Part shown: positions 1-6,791 of the stretch, piece after piece
Position numbering within the stretch: the stretch's first letter is position 1
Layout of the letters: each line of letters opens with the position of its first letter
Made by a program: the position numbers and the translations under genes
NCBI RefSeq assembly: GCF_006345805.1
Contig: NW_021829221.1
Location: 1-6,864 of the forward strand
Source of the DNA: Octopus sinensis
Lineage: Eukaryota
DNA length: 6,864 nt
Direction: 5' to 3'
Notes under the pieces: generated by a model
The model's input: only the letters and a program-made list of their open reading frames with translations
Databases searched by the model: none
Told to the model about the DNA's origin: nothing

Positions 1-19
1 GTAACATTCGCTGTTTTCT

Positions 20-250
20 TCCAAGGATTTAATGCTCTTAGCTTATTTTTTCCTTGGGGCTGACCAGATTGGAGCAATCTCGAGTATTACCAACCGAAAT
101 TGCAAAGATAATCTGGAACTCGACTGAGGAAAGAAAACTCCGAATGACAAGTCCTTGTTTTCTTTGTATCGTTTATCTGAATGTTTTGTTGCCCTCTTTT
201 TTGTATCACCTAACTCTCCGGATGTTTTGCGTTCTTGTCCCATTTTGCAT
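20..250 (+). mobile_element. Possible 3' terminus of another retroelement (PLE-like): structured region, T-rich tail, then microsatellite
   Basis: Several short helices and a CTGAGGA...GAA motif, followed by about 100 nt of T-rich sequence and then (TA)n(TG)n. This is an architectural analogy only; there is no coding evidence. Confidence 0.3.
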
Positions 251-285
<35 letters not shown>

Positions 286-296
286 TTGGTGTGTGT

Positions 297-332
<36 letters not shown>
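251..332. repeat. Compound microsatellite (TA)n-(TG)n
   Basis: Direct reading: (TA)5 followed by an interrupted TG run. Confidence 0.97.
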
Positions 333-334
<2 letters not shown>

Positions 335-335
<1 letters not shown>

Positions 336-461
336 AGAGGGTTTGAAAATGCAGAGGTCTTTTAAAGATGTTTATTGGCTTGACAGTTTCACTTTTAAAA
401 AAGTGAAACCGGTCAAGTCAATAAACATCTTTAAAAGACCTCTGCATTTTCAAACCCTCTT
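335..461. repeat. Near-perfect long inverted repeat (62/63-bp arms, 2-nt spacer)
   Basis: 335-396 is the reverse complement of 399-461 except for one G/T mispair (378/418) and one mismatch plus a 1-nt bulge near 410-411. The centre is TTTT-AA-AAAA. Confidence 0.97.
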
Positions 462-505
462 TCCTATATATTTTCACTCGTGCAGTACTTTGCAAGTTTA
501 CCTTG

Positions 506-719
<214 letters not shown>

Positions 720-1060
720 TGGATCAAAGACCTATAATCCCTTAAGAGAGGCCAGCATCCTAGTTTCTCCCGGTTTATACCAGTGTTGAGTGAAAACCAA
801 ATATCTTAGTTTTGCATTGATATATATGTATAGTTATTTGAAATATTCATGAATGAGAAAAGGGAAAAAATGGAGAAATTGACATGCAAACATCAGTTTA
901 TTCAAAGATATTCAACTCCATATAATGAAAATCCTGCCCTACAACCGTTTCCATATCCATTTATTTCAATTAGAGAAATTAAATTAATTTAATTTTAATT
1001 TTCAAGCTGAAACTTGTTAATTGGGTGTTTCATCAGGAGAGAATTTTCCTAAAAAGGAGT

Positions 1061-1063
<3 letters not shown>

Positions 1064-1100
<37 letters not shown>

Positions 1101-1105
1101 CGTGT

Positions 1106-1148
<43 letters not shown>

Positions 1149-1162
1149 TGTGTGTGTGTATA
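1064..1162. repeat. Compound (AT)n-(GT)n microsatellite abutting the SINE 3' tail
   Basis: Direct reading. Confidence 0.95.
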
Positions 1163-1570
1163 TACTCTTTTACTCTTTTACTTGTGTCAGTCATTTGACT
1201 GCGGCCATGCTGGAGCACCGCCTTTAGTCGAGCAAATCGACCCCAGGACTTATTCTTTGTAAGCCTAGTATTTATTCTATCAGTCTCTTTTGCCGAACCG
1301 CTAAGTTAGGGGACATAAACACACCAGCATCGGTTGTCAAACGATGTTGGGGGGACAAACACAGACACACAAACATATACACATACATATATATATATAC
1401 ATATATACGACGGGCTTCTTTCAGTTTCCGTCTACTAAATCCACTCACAAGGCTTTGGTCGGCCCGACGCCATAGTAGAAGACACTTGCCCAAGGTGCCA
1501 CGCAGTGGGACTGAACCCGGAGCCATGTGGTTGGTAAGCAAGCTACTTACCACAGAGCCACTCCTACGCC
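1163..1570 (-). mobile_element. Full-length tRNA-derived SINE with CORE-like central domain (Octopus-type family)
   Basis: On the minus strand it starts GGCGTAGGAG. Pol III A box TGGCTCTGTGG at 1560-1550 and B box GGTTCAGTCCC at 1517-1507. The segment GGCACCTTGGGCAAGTG resembles the CORE/MIR motif ACCTTGGGCAAGT. It has an internal (TA/TG) microsatellite at about 1360-1407, a 3' stem-loop CAGTCA-AA-TGACTG (1188-1201) and a tandem (TAAAAGAG) tail at 1163-1181. The family assignment is from memory. Confidence 0.88.
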
Positions 1571-1830
1571 TATGTTATATTACTGCATAGCTTTCCCGCC
1601 CTCGTTCTAAGGAGTAAAGTCTTTACTTTCTCAGCCTTTACCAAAAGCTGACACGTTGTATTGAGGCAATTTTCATTGCGTAGCTTCGCTGTATTGCTTC
1701 GAGTTTCGCCGTTAATTTTATACTGTTTGGTGGCCATAGTTGGAAGCAGTAGTGTAACCGTCTGAGAACATATGTACTCCAGAGGGCCATCACAGTTTTC
1801 AGTTCTCTCGTTCTGAACGTTTGAAATCAA
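1571..1830 (-). mobile_element. Decayed non-LTR retrotransposon (CR1/L2-group) ORF2 fragment, region C-terminal to the RT core
   Basis: My translation of the minus strand, in a frame different from the listed 103-aa ORF: QTFRTRELKTVMALWSTYVLRRLHYCFQLWPPNSIKLTAKLEAIQRSYAMKIASIQRVSFW*RLRK*RLYSLERGRESYAVI*H. This fits the CR1/L2-type pattern L-Y-YC-QLWSP...LE-IQR...Y-ERL--L-LYSLERRRER. Three in-frame stops. Confidence 0.85.
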
Positions 1831-1989
1831 TAAATCAATATACGGTGCATGGATGATCGGGATATACGTCCTGTGTATCATACATCATACAGATAAAAGA
1901 CAAAAGGTTAACAACACTTCTGTCCACACAAACACACACACACATTCCAAAAACAAACAAAAACAATCAGGCGTGATGGTCACTATGTA

Positions 1990-2400
1990 GAAGTATGTTT
2001 GAATTTTTTTCCTTTCTGTTCTAAGATTTATTTATTTATTTATTTTATCATTTTATTCCATAGAGAACTTTAATCCATATTTATCATGTTCTTTTTTTTT
2101 GTTCGTTTTTTGATGACTTTTTTTTACATTTTTTTTTTTTTTTTGATGAATGAATAATCTCGAATTACAGTTTATTTCTTTAATCCACTCTACAGGTAAA
2201 AACGATTATTTAAACAAACGGAAATTGGAAAATGAAAATAGATTAGTTCAAGCCAAAATAGTAGGAGCGGAGTCTTCAGTTGGATTTTCTTTTTTTTTTT
2301 TTTGCTTTTGTTTTTTCTTTGGTATTTCTTTTTTTGCAGTTTTTTTTTTCTTTTGTCAATTTGTTATTTTATTTTCCTAATTTTATTTTGTCGAAATTCG
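1990..2400. other. T-rich low-complexity region with poly-T tracts
   Basis: Several long T runs and TTTA/TTTG repeats. Confidence 0.8.
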
Positions 2401-2434
2401 AAACCAATAGAAACTAACGTCAGCTTTTTATTGA

Positions 2435-3132
2435 TGTGTGTGTGTGTGTGTGGTGTGCGTGTGCGTCTATATGCAGGCAGGCGTGTGTATGTGTATGTGT
2501 GTGTGTGTGTGTGTGTGCATGCGTATGTGTGTGTGCATCTGTGAGTGCATGCATCTGCGGATGTGTTCGCATGACTGCGTGTATGCGAGGGTGTCTCAGA
2601 GTGTGGGTATGCGTGTATATGTGTGTCTGTGTGTGATTTCGTGTGAATGTGTACGTGTGTGTGCGTGTGTGTGAGTGTGCATGTGTGCGTGAGTGTGCTT
2701 GTGTGTGTGAGTGTGCGCGCGTCTGGGTATGTGTGTGCACGTGTTCCGGGGTGTATGCGTGTGTGCGAGTGTATGCGTGCGTGTATGTGATGTGTGTATT
2801 TGTGTACATGTGTGTGTGTGTGTGTGTATGCGCGCACACACGTATCTGCATACGTTTGTGCGACTGTATGTACGTGTATGAGAGTGTGTACGTATGTGTA
2901 TATGTCCGTGTGCGTGCGTATATTTTTGCCCGTGTGTGTGCGTATGTGTGTGTGCATGTCCATCTGTGTGTGTGTGAGCACGCGTACGTTGTCGGCGCTC
3001 GTTCTGGTGTGAGCACGCGTACAAATGTGAGTGCGCGTACATGTGTGAGTGCGCTTGCGTGTGTGAGCTCACTTGCGTGTGTGTGTGTGTGTGTGTGTGT
3101 GTTACTGTGTACGTATGTGTGTGAGCGTATGT
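2435..3132. repeat. About 700-bp cryptic (GT)-based alternating purine-pyrimidine repeat
   Basis: GT backbone with GC, AT, GAGT and GCAT variants. It accounts for the His/Thr- and Cys/Val-rich pseudo-ORFs. Confidence 0.95.
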
Positions 3133-3440
3133 TGCAAAGATAAAACTTCAAATATATAACTCAAAGCATTGCAATAAATCTTTTTTACCGAAGAAATAAG
3201 CAAGATGGTGATTAAAGAATTTGGGGGAAAAAGGTGACATTTTTTTTCCCTCCGAAACAAGATTCTCCGTTACTCCTAACATACGATTAGACTTCAAAAA
3301 CATAATTTTTATTCAATATCGAACGGTTCGATGATCCGAGCTTATCTGTTTTTGTTGCGGCCTTTCGTACTGCAGTCAGTCGTGGACTTTTGTTTTAGAC
3401 CGAAATCAAAGGATCATATTTTTAAACGGAAAATGCAACT

Positions 3441-3682
3441 GAAGAAGAAGAAGAAGAAGAAGAAGAAGAAGAAGAAGAAGAAGAAGAAGAAGAAGAAGAA
3501 GAAGGAGAAGAAGAAGAAGAAGAAGAAGAAGAAGAAGAAGAAAAGGGGGAGGAGGAGGAAGAGAAGGAAAAAAAAGAAGGGGGAGAGGAGGAGGAGGAAA
3601 AAGAAGAAGAAAAGAAGAAAACGAAGAAGAAGAAGAAGAAGAAGAAGAAGGAGGAGGAGGAGGAAGAGGAGAAGAAGAAGAA
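3441..3682. repeat. (GAA)n/(GGA)n polypurine tract
   Basis: Perfect (GAA)21 at 3441-3503, then degenerate GAA/GGA. The top strand is all purine except one C at 3622. Confidence 0.98.
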
Positions 3683-4101
3683 CCACCATAACAACAACAC
3701 AACACAAATAAGCTAAAGAAAATCAGAGTGATCAATATGAGGAATCTATTGCATGTTGAAGATACTGCAATAGAAATTGAAGTTATGTGTGTGTGTGTTT
3801 GAATTTGGTATTGGATCAGTATAGCGGATATTTCCACTTTTAGTTGAGACAATATAATGTGATAGGCATTTTACCCGTTGGTAGGGGAATCGTAGGGATA
3901 TCTTGAGATATAAGGTGAGTCACGGTGGGTATTTGAGAAGTGGCGGAACCCATCCTTTCCTAGACCTGACCACACCTGATTTCTTCCAGAAAGAGAGAAA
4001 AAATAACAGTCAGAAAAAAAGGAGTTAGAAAGAGAGAAGTATTGCCCACAGTGCTTGTTTTAATTTCAGGTCCTTCTACGCTTCTCAGCAGTTTAAGCGG
4101 C

Positions 4102-4514
4102 ACGGATGCAAAAGTAAAAAAAATGTGGTAGACCAAACTGCGCAACATGCCCAAACCTTCTAGAACGATCAGAATTCCTCTTCAAAGAGGGACTAAAAAT
4201 TAAAGATCAAATCTAATTTTACTTGTGCTTCTGAAAACATAATTTATGTCATAAGATGCTTGGACTGCCACCAAAACAACGTGGTGTCTACGGGACTATC
4301 ACTCAGACGTAGATGCACACTGCATCGACAACAGATTGCATTCCCAGAATACAGAATGATACCCTTTAGTGAGCATATGAGAAATGCGCAAAGCAACTAC
4401 TACCACAATTTTTAATCATTCCATTTTATCAATGTGCTATGGAACACCAACCAAATTAGACTAAACAAGGAAACATTCTTCATTGAAAAATATAAGCCCA
4501 ACTTAACACTCTAA
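4102..4514 (+). pseudogene. Penelope-like element ORF 3' end: Cys-rich linker plus GIY-YIG endonuclease, frameshifted
   Basis: Stitched translation: TDAKVKK/CGRPNCATCPNLLERSEFLFKEGLK/KIKSNFTCASENIIYVIRCLDCHQNNVVSTGLSLRRRCTLHRQQIAFPEYRMIPFSEH/EKCAKQLLPQFLIIPFYQCAM/NTNQIRLNKETFFIEKYKPNLTL* (stop at 4512-4514). It shows IIY-x3-C-x2-C between the GIY and decayed YIG positions, conserved R and two His, and a C-terminal E-x2-FI...P-L motif. About four frameshifts (near 4120, 4200, 4378, 4442). Confidence 0.88.
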
Positions 4515-4646
4515 CATTCTTATACAGAGAAACTCACCCCATTAAATAAAAGGGACAAGAAATATAAAGCGATTATCTCCCTTACACCGGAAGAAATCAC
4601 TTATTACCTCCCCTTACCTGGAACTCTTCTTTACACTTCATAACGA

Positions 4647-4718
4647 AGACATAACAGGATGTTTTGAGAAATTTGAAAAGTTAACACGAAACCGGTAATT
4701 TCTTCAAAAACTATGTCT
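4647..4718 (+). ncRNA. Minimal type I hammerhead ribozyme motif (U3-A8 core variant)
   Basis: Stem I AGAAAT (4667-4672)/ATTTCT (4698-4703); core TTGAAAA (4673-4679); stem II GT-TAAC-AC (4680-4687); GAA-A-CCGG-T-A (4688-4697). Stem I extends via GTTTTG/CAAAA(A)C and AGACATA (4647-4653)/TATGTCT (4712-4718). Predicted cleavage is after 4697. Confidence 0.72.
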
Positions 4719-4821
4719 CTGTATGAAAAAATTTTATAACATTCTTCTGACATAACGACTCAAATATATTTTTTAACCTTTTAAAACAAGCCTTCTGTAG
4801 TTTTTTCACTTTTTACTATTT

Positions 4822-4822
<1 letters not shown>

Positions 4823-4864
<42 letters not shown>
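4823..4864. repeat. Compound (CT)n(AT)n microsatellite
   Basis: Direct reading. Confidence 0.97.
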
Positions 4865-5284
4865 GATTTCTGCTCTTTATTCAACTACACAGATATGAGG
4901 CTTTATAATTCTAAAGCCTTTACGTTTCTATTTCATTTCAAGTCACCCATGAATTCGGTAAATTTATCATTGTATCCTCTCCTCTCCACATAAAGCGCTC
5001 TTCTATAATTCAACTGTAACATTCATTAATTATGAATGCATACGTGATATCCTTTTAAATCTTTACTGCTTGAATTCCTCATAATATAACTTTGCATTTC
5101 TGTTCGACTGTACTTTTCGATAAATTCTTACTACTTGCGTTACATAGATACATTCCGCATCCATAATCACATCCTCTTAAACCTCGTTGGCCAATTTACA
5201 TCCTTGTCTTTCTACAAACTGGAAACACGTTTAACAACGCACTTTTATCTGCTAATTAATGGCCTATTTATCTACAACGCGCTT

Positions 5285-5704
5285 ACACACGCACTCAGGC
5301 ACACGCAAGCGCCCATGTGTGTATGTGTGTGTGTGTGTATATTTATTTATATGAGTCTATACACACAAACACATATGTATCTACATGTAAATAAACATGC
5401 TTATATACATGTGTTTGTATATACACGAATGTACATACATACACACACACACATCTATATATTCATATGTACATATATGTATGTATAGATATAGTCTACT
5501 CAAATGCCCCTCGCATCCTGTATATATAGATACATATATGTATGCGTGTGTATGTATCTATGTATATGGATATGTGTGTATATATATATATATATGTATG
5601 TATACGCGCGCACACACACACCATATGTAAAGATATACATATATACAACATATATATATACATATAATTACATACATACATATATATATATATAAACATA
5701 TATA

Positions 5705-5761
<57 letters not shown>

Positions 5762-5816
5762 CATACATACATACATACATACATATACATATATTACATA
5801 CTATATATTATATATA
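5285..5816. repeat. Complex AT/AC/GT/ACAT microsatellite mosaic
   Basis: Direct reading. It accounts for the YI/CV-rich pseudo-ORFs. Confidence 0.93.
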
Positions 5817-5842
5817 GGTTTTCTGATGCAAACAAGAAAATA

Positions 5843-5882
5843 TGTGTACATATGTGTGTACACTCAAACATGTGTACATAGT

Positions 5883-5932
<50 letters not shown>
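5843..5932. repeat. (GT)n microsatellite with a degenerate 5' part
   Basis: Direct reading. Confidence 0.93.
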
Positions 5933-5933
<1 letters not shown>

Positions 5934-5979
5934 TTCGTCTATATTTATCACCCATCCCAACCACTTGACAAACGTTGCT
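5931..5979 (+). mobile_element. Possible old fragment of the CORE-like SINE family (segment following its internal microsatellite)
   Basis: GTCTATATTTATCACCCATCCCAACCACTTGACAAACGTTGCT aligns loosely with GTCTGTGTTTGTCCCCCCAACATCGTTTGACAACCGATGCT of the SINE at 1163-1570, and it likewise follows a GT run. Confidence 0.4.
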
Positions 5980-6175
5980 CTTTTGTGCATGTAAAAGATA
6001 AAGGACAAATGAATCGCAAATATCTTCTTTTTTGTGGAGGGAACTATTCCTAAATGTACAACTTATCCCTTCACCTACTCGTGTCTTTGTACCGATGTAT
6101 ATGAAACTTTAGTGCTTTGGGCTGTTATCATTCCACATTTACGTTATTTTATCTTAATACTATTTTAAGCTTTAA

Positions 6176-6410
6176 AGCGGCGAGCTGGCAGAAATGTTAG
6201 CACGCCGGGCGAATCGCTTAGAGGTATTTCGTCTGCCGCTACGTTCTGTGTTCAAATTCCGCCGAGGTCGACTTTACCTTCCATCCTTTCGGGGCCGATA
6301 AATTAAGTACCAGTTACGCACTGGGGTCGATCTAATCGACCTAATCCCTTTGTCTGTCCGTGTTTGTCCCCTCTGTGTTTAGCCCGTTGTGGGCAGTAAA
6401 GAAATAAGAA
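6176..6410 (+). mobile_element. tRNA-derived SINE, copy A (tail type 1)
   Basis: Head (A)GCGGCGAGCTGGCAGAA with an A-box-like TGGCAGAAATG and B box GTTCAAATTCC (6250-6260). Conserved body GAGGTCGAC...CATCCTTTCGGGG...GATAAATTAAGTACCAG. Tail ends AAAGAAATAAGAA. Confidence 0.9.
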
Positions 6411-6579
6411 TCGTTAGCACGTCGGGCAAAATGCTTCGCAGTATTTCGTTTGTCATTACGTTCTGAGTTCAAATTCGGGGTCGATAAATTAAGTACCAGT
6501 TGCGTACTGAGGTCGATCTAATCGACTGGCTCCCTCCCCCAAAAATTTTGGGCCTTGTGCCTAAAGTAGAAAAGTATAT
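6407..6579 (+). mobile_element. Same SINE family, copy B (headless, 31-bp internal deletion, tail type 2)
   Basis: Collinear with copy A from AGAATCGTTAGCAC. Deletion at 6476/6477. Tail CTCCCTCCCCC...GGCCTTGTGCCTAAAGTAGAAAAGTATAT. Confidence 0.88.
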
Positions 6580-6594
6580 TATTTTAAACTTTAA

Positions 6595-6786
6595 GGCGTT
6601 GATCCGGCGGAATCGTTAGCACGCCAGGCAAAATATTTAGCGGTATTTCGACAATTTTACTTCCTGAGTTCAAATTCCGCTGAGGTCGACTCTGCCTTTC
6701 ATCCTTTCGGGATCGATAAATTAAATACCAATTGAGCACTTCTTCGTTTCACAGAAATTGCTGGCCTTGCGCCAAAATTTGCAATC
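6595..6786 (+). mobile_element. Same SINE family, copy C (more diverged, tail type 3)
   Basis: Diverged head GGCGTTGATCCGGCGGAATCGTTAGCACG and B box GAGTTCAAATTCC. The body is conserved but lacks the GTCGA/TCGAC hairpin. Tail GAAATTGCTGGCCTTGCGCCAAAATTTGCAATC. Confidence 0.85.
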
Positions 6787-6791
6787 TATAA

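Larger units (their letters stand above)
4102..4822 (+). mobile_element. 5'-truncated Penelope-like retroelement (endonuclease remnant, 3' UTR and hammerhead) ending at a microsatellite
   Basis: The GIY-YIG relic is followed by a hammerhead motif about 150 nt after the stop, then a T-rich tail running into (CT)n(AT)n. Both boundaries are approximate. Confidence 0.72.

Noticed and set aside
976-995. 20-bp perfect palindrome AAATTAAATTAATTTAATTT
   Set aside because: Pure A/T low complexity, expected by chance in this context.
1005-1036. CTGATGA on the minus strand (1036-1030) as a hammerhead core
   Set aside because: The following AAC...GTT helix is not directly followed by GAAA, and I find no stem III, cleavage triplet or stem I.
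1272-1553. 93-aa minus-strand ORF
   Set aside because: It lies entirely within the SINE, which is non-coding.
1570-1881. 103-aa minus-strand ORF and an apparent 171-nt exon (AG acceptor before 1812, GT donor after 1642)
   Set aside because: A different frame of the same DNA gives a recognisable decayed LINE ORF2 peptide, which explains the sequence better. The exon-like signals are probably coincidental.
2364-3151. Long His/Thr-rich and Cys/Val-rich ORFs (205, 243, 166 and 158 aa)
   Set aside because: These are translations of the GT/CA repeat, which lacks stop codons in several frames on both strands. There are no domain features.
3318-3332. ATCGAAC-G-GTTCGAT inverted repeat
   Set aside because: 7-bp arms, isolated, with no supporting context.
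3331-3852. Poly-Lys/Arg, poly-Leu, poly-Phe and poly-Ser ORFs
   Set aside because: Read-through of the (GAA)n tract.
3960-4154. 64-aa minus-strand ORF
   Set aside because: It is short, has no recognisable motif, and partly overlaps the PLE relic on the opposite strand.
4898-4919. AGGCTTTA-TAATTC-TAAAGCCT hairpin
   Set aside because: An 8-bp AT-rich stem is within chance expectation. A bacterial-type terminator is not relevant in this eukaryotic DNA.
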